From Burkholderiales bacterium (GTDB lineage Bacteria; Pseudomonadota; Gammaproteobacteria; Burkholderiales; Burkholderiaceae_C), in contig JBBQZI010000001.1 of the NCBI GenBank assembly GCA_038207855.1, positions 1,053-65,052 of the forward strand: a stretch of 64,000 nt of DNA. The letters are read 5' to 3'. The position numbers were made by a program, and so were the translations under genes. Positions 12,706 through 22,659 of the stretch are shown here, in pieces (the first letter of the stretch is position 1; the number at the start of each line of letters is the position of its first letter). Under the pieces are notes generated by a model. It searched no databases and was not told where the DNA came from. It saw only the letters and a list, made by a program, of their open reading frames with translations.

Positions 12706-13596
12706 TCAACTCCTGTTTGCGATTGGCTCAGGGCCAAAGCGCATTGAAAAATCAACCGCCTTGACATCCTTGGTTAGCGTCCCGATCGAAATTCGATCAA
12801 CCCCGGTGGCGGCAATCGCCCGCACGCTTGACAGGTTGACACCCCCCGAGACTTCCAGCGTGGCACGCCCGGCATTGATGCGAACCGCCTCGTGCAACTT
12901 GGCCAACCCCATGTTGTCGAGCAACACCATGGTTGCCCCGGCATGCAAGGCTTCCTCAAGTTGCGCCAGGGTTTCCACCTCAATCTCGACAAACTTGGCG
13001 GTAGGCGCAACCTCAGCGGCACGCTGTAACACGGCGGTCACGCCACCGGCGGCGGCAATGTGGTTTTCCTTGATCAACACCGCGTCATACAAACCCAGAC
13101 GGTGATTCACGCCACCGCCAGTCCGCACGGCGTATTTTTGCGCCAGCCGCAAGCCCGGCACGGTTTTACGGGTATCAACAATGCTGGCGCGCGCGCCCGG
13201 AACCTCACGCACGGCCCGCACATACTCACTGGTCTTGCTCGCCACAGCGCTGAGCAATTGCAAAAAATTAAGCGCGGTGCGCTCGGCCGTCAGCAAGGCT
13301 CGGGCTTGGCCATGCACCTCCAGCACCACCTGATCCGCTTCGCAGCGGTGGCCTTCGGGCACATGCCAGATCACCTGCGCGGTCGGGTCAATCTGCTCAA
13401 AAGCGGCCTGCACCCAGGGCGCGCCACAAATCACTGCTTCTTCCCGGGCAATGATGAAGGCACAAGCGCGCAGCGCTGGGTCAACCAGACCCGCCGTCAG
13501 ATCAGCGCTGCCAATATCTTCCTGCAGCGCGCGCGCAACATCCAGCCGCGCCACTTCGGCCACTGCCGATTTTGAAAGTTCCAACAATGAAGTCAT
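12706..13596 (-). CDS. nadC: Quinolinate phosphoribosyltransferase
   Basis: [37 protein letters not shown]. Confidence 0.96.
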   Translation of the reverse strand: MTSLLELSKSAVAEVARLDVARALQEDIGSADLTAGLVDPALRACAFIIAREEAVICGAPWVQAAFEQIDPTAQVIWHVPEGHRCEADQVVLEVHGQARALLTAERTALNFLQLLSAVASKTSEYVRAVREVPGARASIVDTRKTVPGLRLAQKYAVRTGGGVNHRLGLYDAVLIKENHIAAAGGVTAVLQRAAEVAPTAKFVEIEVETLAQLEEALHAGATMVLLDNMGLAKLHEAVRINAGRATLEVSGGVNLSSVRAIAATGVDRISIGTLTKDVKAVDFSMRFGPEPIANRS

Positions 13597-13663
13597 CAGA
13601 TATCCTCTGGCAAACGCTGCATGGGCCGCTTTTGCCTATGAAAAAATAGTCACCACATCACAT

Positions 13664-14689
13664 TCAGGCGATCTGAACCAACTCATCCGTCGGCTCGCGC
13701 CCCATCAGGGATATGACGGCTTGAGATGGGGTCATTTGCCCATCGAGCAAGGCCACGACCGCCTGGGAAATCGGCATATCCACACCGAGGCAGGCTGCAC
13801 GCTGCACCACTGTGCGGGCACTGTAGACACCCTCAGCCACGTGACCGAGCGCGCCAGTCGCTTGCGCCAGCGTCTGCCCTCGTGCCAGTGCCAGACCCAC
13901 CTGGCGGTTGCGCGACAAGTCGCCGGTGGCAGTCAGCACCAGATCGCCCAGTCCACTCAAGCCCATGAAGGTTTCCGCACGCGCCCCAAGCGCCAGCCCC
14001 AGCCGCGTCATCTCGGCCAAGCCACGCGTGATCAGGGCTGCGCGGGCGTTCAGACCCAGATTCAGTCCGTCACACAAACCAGTAGCAATGGCCAGCACGT
14101 TTTTCACCGCCCCGCCGACTTCCACACCGACGATGTCGTCGTTGGCATAGATCCGCAGTGTTGGGCTGTGAAACGCATTCACCAGCGCCTGGCGAAACGG
14201 CTCGTGCGCACTGGCGGCCACCAAAGCGGTTGGCTGGACGCGCGCCACTTCCAGCGCAAAGCTGGGGCCACTGAGCACACCAGCTACCAAATCAGGAGCT
14301 ACCTGCGCTTGTATTTCATGGGCTAGAAGCCCAAAAGAACCTGAAACCGGGGCTTCAAAACCCTTGCATAACCAAGCCACCGGGGCCGGGCAGTCACGCA
14401 ACGCCTGCAGCATCTGGCGCAACGCCGCCATCGGGGTGGCGATCACCACCAAATCAGACGCGCCAGCCAAACTGACCAACTGCGCCAAGGCCACGGCGCT
14501 GAACATCAGGCTGTCGGGCAACGCCACACCGGCCAGATAACGCGCATTTTCCCGCTGCGACTGCATGGCTGATGCCAGCCCCGCGTCACGCGCCCACAAC
14601 GTGACCTGATGGCCAGCTTGGGCGTTACCGGCCGCATTGGCAGCCAATGCCGTGCCCCAGGCACCCGCACCAATCACTATGATTCTCAT
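13664..14689 (-). CDS. gpsA: NAD(P)H-dependent glycerol-3-phosphate dehydrogenase
   Basis: [40 protein letters not shown]. Confidence 0.96.
   Translation of the reverse strand: MRIIVIGAGAWGTALAANAAGNAQAGHQVTLWARDAGLASAMQSQRENARYLAGVALPDSLMFSAVALAQLVSLAGASDLVVIATPMAALRQMLQALRDCPAPVAWLCKGFEAPVSGSFGLLAHEIQAQVAPDLVAGVLSGPSFALEVARVQPTALVAASAHEPFRQALVNAFHSPTLRIYANDDIVGVEVGGAVKNVLAIATGLCDGLNLGLNARAALITRGLAEMTRLGLALGARAETFMGLSGLGDLVLTATGDLSRNRQVGLALARGQTLAQATGALGHVAEGVYSARTVVQRAACLGVDMPISQAVVALLDGQMTPSQAVISLMGREPTDELVQIA
14283..14336 (-). repeat. 54-bp element copy 3 (inside gpsA)
   Basis: TTTTGGGCTTC-TAGCCC-ATGAAATACA-AGCGCAGGTA-GCTCC-TGATTTG-GTAGC; reads [18 protein letters not shown]. Confidence 0.8.
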
Positions 14690-14729
14690 AGCTTCTTACG
14701 CAGTGAATACAAGGGCTAGAGGCCTAAAA
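14676..14729 (-). repeat. 54-bp element copy 4 (contains the gpsA ATG)
   Basis: TTTTAGGCCTC-TAGCCC-TTGTATTCAC-TGCGTAAGAA-GCTAT-GAGAATC-ATAGT. Confidence 0.9.
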
Positions 14730-14740
14730 CGCTTAAATAA

Positions 14741-15199
14741 TTATTGAACGGTGACGGCTGGCGCGTCAGCCGTCTGGGTGGCTTGCTGCTGCTCGTACAT
14801 GGCTTGAAAATTGATTTCAGACAGGTGTACCGGCGGAAAGCCGCCGCGCTGAATCAAATCGGCCACGTTACCGCGCAAGTAGGGGTAAACGATTTGCGGG
14901 CAGGCAATGCCCATGATCTGGCCCATTTGCTCTTGCGGCAGGTTGCGAATCTCAAAAATGCCAGCTTGCGTGACTTCCACCAAAAACACGGTCTTGTCCT
15001 TGATCTTGGTTTGCACGGTTGCGGTGACCGAGACTTCAAACACACCCTCGCCCACTGGCGCGGCGTTCACGCCCAGCTGAATATCAACCGTGGGTTGCTC
15101 CTGCTCCAACAAAATAGCCGGCGAATTGGGCTGCTCCAGCGATGCTTCCTTGAGGTAGACGCGTTGAATTTGGAAAATCGGGTTTTGTGTATCTGACAT
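14741..15199 (-). CDS. secB: Protein-export chaperone SecB
   Basis: [30 protein letters not shown]. Confidence 0.96.
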   Translation of the reverse strand: MSDTQNPIFQIQRVYLKEASLEQPNSPAILLEQEQPTVDIQLGVNAAPVGEGVFEVSVTATVQTKIKDKTVFLVEVTQAGIFEIRNLPQEQMGQIMGIACPQIVYPYLRGNVADLIQRGGFPPVHLSEINFQAMYEQQQATQTADAPAVTVQ

Positions 15200-15267
15200 G
15201 GCGTTCTCTCAGTTAAAAAATACGGATTTGGTGCAACGGGCGCACCAGGCAATAGCCGGGAATTGTC

Positions 15268-15528
15268 TCAGACGGCCGCCAGCAGCGGCAACAAGCCGCC
15301 CTTGGCATCCAAGGCCATGAGATCGTCGCAGCCACCCACATGGGTGCTGCCAACAAAAATCTGCGGCACGGTGCGCCGGCCAGTGGCGGCCATCATCTGG
15401 TCGCGCTCGGCCGGCAGCAGGTCAATGCGGATTTCTTCGATCTGCTCAACGCCGCGGGCTTTGAGCAGTTGCTTGGCACGAATGCAATAAGGGCAAACGG
15501 CGGTGGTGTACATCTTGACGGCTTGCAT
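15268..15528 (-). CDS. grxC: Glutaredoxin 3
   Basis: CPYC, TVPQIF, GGCDDL. Confidence 0.95.
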   Translation of the reverse strand: MQAVKMYTTAVCPYCIRAKQLLKARGVEQIEEIRIDLLPAERDQMMAATGRRTVPQIFVGSTHVGGCDDLMALDAKGGLLPLLAAV

Positions 15529-15537
15529 AGTGGGCTT

Positions 15538-15945
15538 TCAGGCTTTTTCGACCGGCAAATTGGCTTTGCGCCAGGCGCTCATACCGCCCGAGAGCGAATG
15601 TGAATTTTCAAAACCAAGCTTTTTGGCAATCGACACCGCACGGCTACTGCGCATGCCCGAATGGCAGACCAAAATCACCGGCAACGCTTTATTTTTGATG
15701 GTCGCGGCCAATTTGCCTTCAAGCTGACTCAAAGGAATATTTTTGGCACCCACCACATGACCGGCGGCAAACTCGGGGGGCTCGCAGACATCGACCACCA
15801 CGGCTTTTTCGCGGTTGATCAGTTGCACGGCGCCATCGGCAGTCAATGCGCCGGGGCCTCCATCAGTCAGGGTTGGCCACAGCAGCATGCCTGCTGCAGA
15901 CAGGGCGACGGCGATCAACATCCAGTTGTCGAGAATAAATTTCAC
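15538..15945 (-). CDS. Rhodanese-like domain protein (YibN-like)
   Basis: N-terminal TM helix, GHVVGAKNIP, CHSGMRS, LSGGMSAW; rhodanese-grxC-secB-gpsA order. Confidence 0.9.
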   Translation of the reverse strand: MKFILDNWMLIAVALSAAGMLLWPTLTDGGPGALTADGAVQLINREKAVVVDVCEPPEFAAGHVVGAKNIPLSQLEGKLAATIKNKALPVILVCHSGMRSSRAVSIAKKLGFENSHSLSGGMSAWRKANLPVEKA

Positions 15946-16029
15946 GTGTAAATCCTTGTGTTAGCTTGAACCAGAGCCGCGCATTTTAGAATGCACAGGC
16001 TTGCTCCCACAGACCAACCTTTTAAAACC

Positions 16030-16773
16030 ATGTACAAACTTGTTCTTATCCGCCACGGCGAGTCCACCTGGAACCTTGAAAACCGCTTCACCGGCTGGAC
16101 CGATGTTGACCTGACTCCATTGGGTCTTGAGCAGGCCGTGCTAGGCGGTCGCCTACTCAAAGCTGAGGGCTACGACTTTGACGTGGCCTACACCAGCGTG
16201 CTCAAACGGTCCACCCGCACCCTATGGCATGTGCTCGACGAACTCGATCGTACCTGGCTACCGGTGGTCAATAGCTGGCGCCTCAATGAGCGCCATTACG
16301 GGGCCTTACAAGGCTTGAACAAGTCAGAAACTGCCAAACAATATGGCGACGCGCAAGTGCTGGCCTGGCGTCGCAGCTACGACACACCGCCACCAGCACT
16401 GGAGCCTGCTGACCCACGCTGTGAGCGCAGCGACATTCGCTACGGCAAGCTGCTGCCCGATCAAATCCCACTGACCGAATGCTTGAAAGACACGGTGGCG
16501 CGCGTCATGCCATTCTGGAACGAAGCGCTCGCTCCGGCCATTCAAAAAGGCAAACGTGTTCTGGTGGTGGCGCATGGCAATTCAATCCGCGCTTTGGTTA
16601 AATACCTCGACAATATTTCTGACAATGACATCGTCGGCCTCAACATACCCAATGGGATTCCACTGGTTTACGAGCTGGATGACCACCTGAAGCCGATCCG
16701 GCATTACTATCTGGGCGATGAACAGGCGGCCGCCAAGGCAGCCGCCGCAGTGGCAGCGCAGGGGAAGACCTGA
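16030..16773 (+). CDS. gpmA: 2,3-BPG-dependent phosphoglycerate mutase
   Basis: [28 protein letters not shown]. Confidence 0.97.
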   Translation: MYKLVLIRHGESTWNLENRFTGWTDVDLTPLGLEQAVLGGRLLKAEGYDFDVAYTSVLKRSTRTLWHVLDELDRTWLPVVNSWRLNERHYGALQGLNKSETAKQYGDAQVLAWRRSYDTPPPALEPADPRCERSDIRYGKLLPDQIPLTECLKDTVARVMPFWNEALAPAIQKGKRVLVVAHGNSIRALVKYLDNISDNDIVGLNIPNGIPLVYELDDHLKPIRHYYLGDEQAAAKAAAAVAAQGKT

Positions 16774-16864
16774 AATTTTTCTTCAGCTCTAACGGAACCT
16801 GTGCCACCGCCAAACCTCTAACCGCATCAAGTCAACTCGCCCTCACAAGCGCTGGAATCACACA

Positions 16865-18337
16865 ATGGGTCAAAAACTGAAAATCACCGGCTGGATTTCT
16901 GCTGGCATCATCGCCGGGGCGCTCACCACGGTGTCGCTGCAAACCGTTGCGCGTGGCACTCTGGCACCGCTGCCGCTGGAAGAACTGCAGCAGCTTGCAG
17001 CCGTCTTTGGCATGATCAAAAGCAACTACGTGGAGCCGGTCGATGAGAAAAAACTCATCACCGATGCCATTGCCGGCATGGTGGCCGGGCTCGATCCACA
17101 TTCGGTTTACCTCGACAAAAAAGCCTTGAAGGATTTCAACGAAGGCACCACCGGCAAGTTTGTCGGTGTCGGCATCGAAATCTCGCAAGAGGATGGCCTG
17201 ATTAAAGTGGTGTCGCCGATTGAAGGTTCACCGGCTTTCCGGGCCGGCCTCAAGCCAAATGATTTGATCGTCAAGATTGACGACACACCGGTCAAGGGCA
17301 TGACGCTCAACGAAGGCGTCAAACGCATGCGTGGCGAGCCCAACACCAAGGTGCTGCTGAGCATTTTCCGCAAGGAAGAAAACCGCACCTTTCCGGTCAC
17401 CATCGTGCGCGAAGAAATCCGTACCCAATCCGTGCGCAGCAAGGTCATCGAGCCGGGTTACGCCTGGATTCGTCTGAGCCAGTTCCAGGAGCGTACGGTG
17501 GCCGACTTTGCCCGCAAGATGGAAGAAATTTACAAGCAAGAGCCCAAGCTCAAAGGCTTGGTACTCGACTTGCGCAACGATCCAGGTGGCTATCTGGATG
17601 CAGCTGTGGCCATTTCTGCGGCGTTTTTGCCGGAAAACGTAACGGTCGTGTCGGCCAATGGCCAATTGCCGGAGAGCAAGTTCACCTACAAGGCATCAGC
17701 GCGGTATTACGCGCGCCGCGGTGGCACAGACCCACTGAAGCACCTGGAAGAAGTAACCCACGGTGCCCTGAAATCAGTCCCGCTGGTGGTACTGGTCAAC
17801 GAAGGCTCAGCTTCGGCCAGCGAAATCGTGGCCGGTGCGCTGCAGGATCACCAACGCGCCAAATTGCTCGGTAGCCAGACCTTTGGCAAGGGCTCGGTGC
17901 AAACCGCGGTCTGCCTTGACTCGACGTTCCGCATGGACAACTGCCCGACGGCGGCACTTAAACTCACCACCAGCCGCTACTACACACCGAGCGGCAAATC
18001 CATTCAGGCCAAAGGTATCGTGCCCGATGTCATGGTTGATGAATCCGCAGAAGGCAACCTCTTTGCCGCTTTACGCACCCGTGAAGCCGACCTTGAAAAG
18101 CACCTCGGCAGCGGCCAGGGCGCTGAAGTGAAAGACGACGGCCGCGAAAAAGCCCGCGAAGAAGCGCGCAAACGGCTTGAAGAGGAAATGAAAAAGCCGG
18201 TATCCGAGCGCAAGGCACCCGAGTATGGTTCTGACAAAGACTTTGCACTGCTTCAGGCCATCAACCAGCTCAAAGGCTTGCCGGTTTTGGTTAGCAAGAC
18301 CCAAGTCGAGCGTCCCGAAGAAAAGAAAGAAAATTAA
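16865..18337 (+). CDS. ctpA: S41 carboxyl-terminal processing protease
   Basis: LDPHS, PDZ domain, LDLRNDPGG, SASASEI, FGKGSVQ. Confidence 0.92.
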   Translation: MGQKLKITGWISAGIIAGALTTVSLQTVARGTLAPLPLEELQQLAAVFGMIKSNYVEPVDEKKLITDAIAGMVAGLDPHSVYLDKKALKDFNEGTTGKFVGVGIEISQEDGLIKVVSPIEGSPAFRAGLKPNDLIVKIDDTPVKGMTLNEGVKRMRGEPNTKVLLSIFRKEENRTFPVTIVREEIRTQSVRSKVIEPGYAWIRLSQFQERTVADFARKMEEIYKQEPKLKGLVLDLRNDPGGYLDAAVAISAAFLPENVTVVSANGQLPESKFTYKASARYYARRGGTDPLKHLEEVTHGALKSVPLVVLVNEGSASASEIVAGALQDHQRAKLLGSQTFGKGSVQTAVCLDSTFRMDNCPTAALKLTTSRYYTPSGKSIQAKGIVPDVMVDESAEGNLFAALRTREADLEKHLGSGQGAEVKDDGREKAREEARKRLEEEMKKPVSERKAPEYGSDKDFALLQAINQLKGLPVLVSKTQVERPEEKKEN

Positions 18338-18379
18338 GCGCTTGTGGGACTACTCTGTCCCCAACCCATTGGTTCCGCC

Positions 18380-19141
18380 ATGACCGACGACGACCTGCTG
18401 CGGTACTCGCGCCACATCCTGCTCAACGAGATTGGGGTTGAAGGCCAGCAGCGCATTCAAGCTGCCCATGCGCTGATCATCGGCGCTGGCGGTCTGGGTT
18501 CGCCGGTTGCGCTTTATCTGGGTTCAGCCGGGCTCGGTCACATCACCGTGGTCGACGACGACACGGTTGATATGACCAATCTGCAGCGCCAAGTTGCGCA
18601 CACCGTGGCACGCGTTGGTCAGCCCAAGGTGCAATCGGTTCAAACCGCCATTGCCCAACTTAACCCTGGCGTCCAAGTCACCACGATAGCCCAGCGGGCC
18701 GACGCGGCACTGCTCGATAAGCTGGTTGCCCAGGCCGACGTGGTACTGGACTGCTGTGACAACTTTGCCACCCGTCACGCGATTAACCTGGCGTGTGTGG
18801 CGCACCGCACACCGCTGGTGTCTGGTGCAGCGATTCGCTTTGATGGTCAGGTCACGGTGTATGACCCGCGTGACGTAAAGTCCCCCTGCTACGCCTGCGT
18901 TTTCCCGCCCGAGGCAACCTTTGAAGAAACCCGCTGCGCCACCATGGGTGTGTTTGCGCCGCTGGTTGGCATCATCGGCACCATGCAAGCGGCCGAAGCA
19001 TTGAAACTGATCACCGGTGCCGGACGGACGCTAACCGGCCGGCTACTGTTGCTGGATGGCAGGAGCATGGAATTTACCGAGATCACGATTGGGCGCAACC
19101 CCGGTTGCCCGATTTGCGGCTCACGGGCCAGCCCCGGTTAA
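18380..19141 (+). CDS. MoeB/ThiF family adenylyltransferase
   Basis: RYSRH, GAGGLG, NLQRQ, DCCDN, two CxxC motifs. Confidence 0.92.
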   Translation: MTDDDLLRYSRHILLNEIGVEGQQRIQAAHALIIGAGGLGSPVALYLGSAGLGHITVVDDDTVDMTNLQRQVAHTVARVGQPKVQSVQTAIAQLNPGVQVTTIAQRADAALLDKLVAQADVVLDCCDNFATRHAINLACVAHRTPLVSGAAIRFDGQVTVYDPRDVKSPCYACVFPPEATFEETRCATMGVFAPLVGIIGTMQAAEALKLITGAGRTLTGRLLLLDGRSMEFTEITIGRNPGCPICGSRASPG

Positions 19142-19668
19142 CGTTTGTTCGCTGATGCTGAAAATGCGTAACAACTGCCGTGGCGCTTGCGAAAGTCGCT
19201 TGGCAGTTCGGGCGCGGGGTCGGCAAACAAGCCTCTTTTGGCGGCACGGGCGCTGAGTTCTTCCGCCGCATAAGGACCCTGGCTGCGACGCCAGCGCGAT
19301 GACCAAGCCTGCCCCGCCTGCACCATGGCAGCCCCGACATCCTGCCCATGCAGACGCACGCGCGCCAAGCCACGGCCATAAACATCAGAATACTTGACAG
19401 TAACGCTGACGCGCTGGTGGTCCACCATACTCACCAGCGCCGCCCGGGCGGCCAAGCCGCCGCGTTGGCATATTTCGGGAGCATCCAGACCCACCAAGCG
19501 CAGCTTACGCGGCGCATGACCACCATCGGGCTTAAGCCACAGCGTGTCGCCATCTGGAATGCCAACAACCTGCCCCAAATACACCTCCGCTCGCACGGCC
19601 TGCGCTAACGCACAGGTGATCCAGACAACGCCAGCCCAATACCAACAAGTTTTCGTTCTTTTCAGCAT
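19138..19668 (-). CDS. Thermonuclease (SNase-like) family protein
   Basis: DGDT, RLVGLDAPE, DVYGRGLA, ARAAKRGLF; N-terminal signal-like segment. Confidence 0.88.
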   Translation of the reverse strand: MLKRTKTCWYWAGVVWITCALAQAVRAEVYLGQVVGIPDGDTLWLKPDGGHAPRKLRLVGLDAPEICQRGGLAARAALVSMVDHQRVSVTVKYSDVYGRGLARVRLHGQDVGAAMVQAGQAWSSRWRRSQGPYAAEELSARAAKRGLFADPAPELPSDFRKRHGSCYAFSASANKR

Positions 19669-19796
19669 GCAAGCCGCACCTCAACTTTTGACACCGATAG
19701 ACCAGCCTTTTTGGGCGATCAGGTCAAAATCAGACCTGTTAGACTTCACACGCAAATCCCACGCAAACTAGCCGCCGCACCCACATCGCTCCCCCT

Positions 19797-20564
19797 ATGG
19801 TCGAATTGCACAAACTCCGTCTCGATGATGCACGCGCCTTGCTGGAGCACGGCAACCACACGCTGCCCAAGATTCAAGACGGCGAGCTGAATTACCTGCA
19901 AGCAATCATCGACAAGCTCGGTGAATTGTCACTCAAAGACCCTCTGACCGGTCTCTCGAATCGACGTTTTTTCCAGACCGTTCTCGGACGCGAAGTCGAT
20001 GCAGTGGCCCGCTCCGGCGAGCCTGCATTGTTGTTGATGCTCGACATTGATCATTTCAAGAACGTCAACGATACGCACGGCCACCCGGCGGGTGACAAAG
20101 TGCTGCAAATCGTTGCTAAAACACTGGAGGCTTGTGTTCGCCCAATGGACACGGTGGCTCGCTTTGGTGGCGAAGAATTCGTCATTATTTTGCCGAGTTG
20201 CCAAGGGCAATATGGCCAGCAAGTTGCCGAGCGGATCCGCGAATCAATTGCCAAATTGAATATCAGCATCGCACCAGGTGTCACCATCAAGGTCACCATC
20301 AGCATTGGCGGTGCGTATGCCCCGATCTGGGTGCGATCGACCCCCGAGTTGTGGCTCGATCGGGCTGACATCGAACTTTACCGAGCCAAGTCGGAAGGTC
20401 GTAATCGCGTTTGCATTGAACACCAGCCGATTTTGTCAGTCAGCGCAGAAGAGAAAAGTTTGTTATTTGGCCCACTCTCGCTGGGTGATCCTGGCTGGAT
20501 CGTCGGCATGGTCAGTGATGGTTCTGTCGGTTCATCAGGCAGCGCAATGAATAGAGCAAACTGA
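19797..20564 (+). CDS. Diguanylate cyclase (GGEEF)
   Basis: DPLTGLSN, DIDHFK, RPMD I-site, RFGGEEF. Confidence 0.92.
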   Translation: MVELHKLRLDDARALLEHGNHTLPKIQDGELNYLQAIIDKLGELSLKDPLTGLSNRRFFQTVLGREVDAVARSGEPALLLMLDIDHFKNVNDTHGHPAGDKVLQIVAKTLEACVRPMDTVARFGGEEFVIILPSCQGQYGQQVAERIRESIAKLNISIAPGVTIKVTISIGGAYAPIWVRSTPELWLDRADIELYRAKSEGRNRVCIEHQPILSVSAEEKSLLFGPLSLGDPGWIVGMVSDGSVGSSGSAMNRAN

Positions 20565-20565
20565 A

Positions 20566-21402
20566 ATGAGCGAACTGAACACCCCTCCTATTGAAGAAAA
20601 AGCGGCGAGTTCCCTGCCCTTGAAGCCACTCGGAAAAGTAGTGGCCGTCACCAGTGGCAAAGGCGGCGTGGGCAAAACCTTTGTCTCGGCCAACCTGGCC
20701 GCTGCCCTGGCCAAGCGTGGACAAAAAGTGCTGGTGCTCGATGCTGACCTCGGGCTGGCCAATTTGGACGTGGTGCTGAACTTGTACCCCAAGGTCACTC
20801 TACACGACGTATTCACTGGCAAGGCCAAGCTTGAAGATGCCATTGTGCGCGCACCGGGAGGTTTTTCGGTACTGCTGGCTGGCTCGGGCATGGTGGAGTA
20901 TTCCCGCCTGACGCCCAATGTGCGCAATGATTTTTTGCACATCATGGCTGGACTGGTGCCGCATTACGACATTGTGCTGCTCGACACCGGTGCCGGCATT
21001 TCGGATGTGGTGCTTTTTGCAGTGTCGATGGCCTCTGAAGTGCTGGTGGTGGCAACGCCAGAGCCCACCTCGCTGACCGATGCCTACGCCACCATCAAGG
21101 TGCTGGTAGGTCAACAAAAACGCAAAATTATCCGCATGGTGATCAACCAGACTGCCAGAATGGGCGATGGCCGCGCGATCACCACCCAGTTGCAGCAGGT
21201 GCTCGACCGCTTTGTCATCGCAGCGCCCGAGGACAAGGTCAAACTGATTCACATGGGTGATATTCCAGCCGATCCATCGGTTCGTCAGGCCGTGATGCGC
21301 CGCCAATTGCTGATTCAGACCATCCCGGGATGCCCCGCAGCGCTGGCTATTTCACAACTGGCAGGCAAAATTGAAGACACGCTGATCGCTCGCCCAAAAT
21401 AG
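20566..21402 (+). CDS. MinD/FlhG(FleN)-like ATPase
   Basis: TSGKGGVGKT, DADLGLAN, DTGAGIS, PEPTSLTDAYA. Confidence 0.9.
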   Translation: MSELNTPPIEEKAASSLPLKPLGKVVAVTSGKGGVGKTFVSANLAAALAKRGQKVLVLDADLGLANLDVVLNLYPKVTLHDVFTGKAKLEDAIVRAPGGFSVLLAGSGMVEYSRLTPNVRNDFLHIMAGLVPHYDIVLLDTGAGISDVVLFAVSMASEVLVVATPEPTSLTDAYATIKVLVGQQKRKIIRMVINQTARMGDGRAITTQLQQVLDRFVIAAPEDKVKLIHMGDIPADPSVRQAVMRRQLLIQTIPGCPAALAISQLAGKIEDTLIARPK

Positions 21403-21424
21403 GGCTGAGGCGACCCACAAAAAA

Positions 21425-21847
21425 TCACGCGCGCCCTATGATGGATGCGGTCGCCATCAGCTCTTCAAGCAGCGCCAGCGAGACCGTTCCGGAAACCGCG
21501 TAAGGATCAAGCGCCGGTTTCTCTGCGTACTTGAGCAAGATGGACGCATTGATGCGTGTCATGTTGACCTCCCCCATGGTCCAGCCAGCAAAGCGGCGTT
21601 CGGAAATTTCTTCATAGTGCAACAACACCACATCTTTGTGGCGCGTGTCACGCTGGATGTGACCATAGAGATCACTGATGGCCATGCGGCCACCTTCAAG
21701 AGCTTGCAAAAAAATACCGCCGCCGTAACACAGAACGCCGGTGACACCGCAGTCAGGGTTATGTGCACGTGACTGGTGCAAGATGGATTCAATCGCCTCA
21801 GGGCTGGTGTCAAGTGCGCGACTTGCATACAACAAACGAACCAACAT
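21425..21847 (-). CDS. Stand-alone BLUF blue-light sensor protein
   Basis: LLYAS, N..GVTGVL, FLQALEG, D.RH, RRFAGWTM (Tyr, Gln, Trp and Met conserved). Confidence 0.92.
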   Translation of the reverse strand: MLVRLLYASRALDTSPEAIESILHQSRAHNPDCGVTGVLCYGGGIFLQALEGGRMAISDLYGHIQRDTRHKDVVLLHYEEISERRFAGWTMGEVNMTRINASILLKYAEKPALDPYAVSGTVSLALLEELMATASIIGRA

Positions 21848-21849
21848 GG

Positions 21850-22551
21850 TTAACCTTTCCGGGGAATAAGAGATAAAAACTCGCGACGCAGGTTGGCATC
21901 CTTGAGAAAGCTGCCGCGCATGACTGAATTGATCATTTTGCTGTCGACATCCTTGACACCGCGCCAACTCATGCAGAAATGACTGGCCTCCATGACGATG
22001 GCCAGACCGTCAGGCTGGGTTTTTTGCTGAATCAGGTCGGCCAGTTGCACCACGGCTTCTTCCTGGATTTGTGGCCGCCCCATGACCCATTCGGCCAATC
22101 TGGCGTACTTGGACAAGCCGATGACATTGGTGTGTTCGTTGGGCAATACGCCGATCCATATTTTGCCCATAATCGGACAAAAATGGTGACTACAGGCGCT
22201 GCGAACGGTGATCGGGCCGACGATCATCAACTCGTTCAAGTGTTCTGCGTTTGGAAATTCAGTGATCGGAGGCGCCGCAACGTAGCGGCCCTGAAACACT
22301 TCCTTGAGGTACATCTTGGCAACGCGGCGAGCGGTCTTGTCGGTGTTGTGGTCATGCTCGATGTCAATCACCAAACTACCCAGCACACCCTTCATTTTTT
22401 CTTCTACTTCGTCAAGCAACAACTCCAGTTCACCCGGTTGAATAAATTCAGCAATGTTGTCGTTGGCATGAAAACGCTTGCGTGCCGCCTGGACGCGCTC
22501 GCGTATCTTGACTGATACCGGCGTTCCTTCATCTTGTTCAACTGGGTTCAT
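21850..22551 (-). CDS. folE: GTP cyclohydrolase I
   Basis: TARRVAKMY, SACSHH, IGLSK, RPQIQE, HFCMSWRGV. Confidence 0.93.
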   Translation of the reverse strand: MNPVEQDEGTPVSVKIRERVQAARKRFHANDNIAEFIQPGELELLLDEVEEKMKGVLGSLVIDIEHDHNTDKTARRVAKMYLKEVFQGRYVAAPPITEFPNAEHLNELMIVGPITVRSACSHHFCPIMGKIWIGVLPNEHTNVIGLSKYARLAEWVMGRPQIQEEAVVQLADLIQQKTQPDGLAIVMEASHFCMSWRGVKDVDSKMINSVMRGSFLKDANLRREFLSLIPRKG

Positions 22552-22579
22552 GGTTTTGATCAGATTAATTGAGGCCTGA

Positions 22580-22588
22580 ATCGTAGCA
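22580..22588 (-). promoter_or_regulatory. Putative extended -10 promoter for folE-BLUF
   Basis: TGC-TACGAT on the minus strand, 28 nt upstream of the folE ATG. Confidence 0.4.
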
Positions 22589-22605
22589 GTCTTTTTATAT
22601 TAGGG

Positions 22606-22659
22606 TTATTAGGCTATAGCCCTTATACACATTACGGTAATAGCTACTAATTTAATAGC
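22606..22659 (+). repeat. 54-bp element copy 5 (contains the clsB stop)
   Basis: TTATTAGGCTA-TAGCCC-TTATACACAT-TACGGTAATA-GCTAC-TAATTTA-ATAGC. Confidence 0.85.

Noticed and set aside
11568-13596. nadC-nadA without nadB
   Set aside because: nadB is often unlinked; cannot be judged from one window
13597-13650. Possible 14th copy of the 54-bp element upstream of nadC (CCTCTGGCAA...GCCTA-N7-ATAGT)
   Set aside because: Spacing fits, but the TAGCCC and GCGTAAG boxes are mostly lost; needs a PWM score
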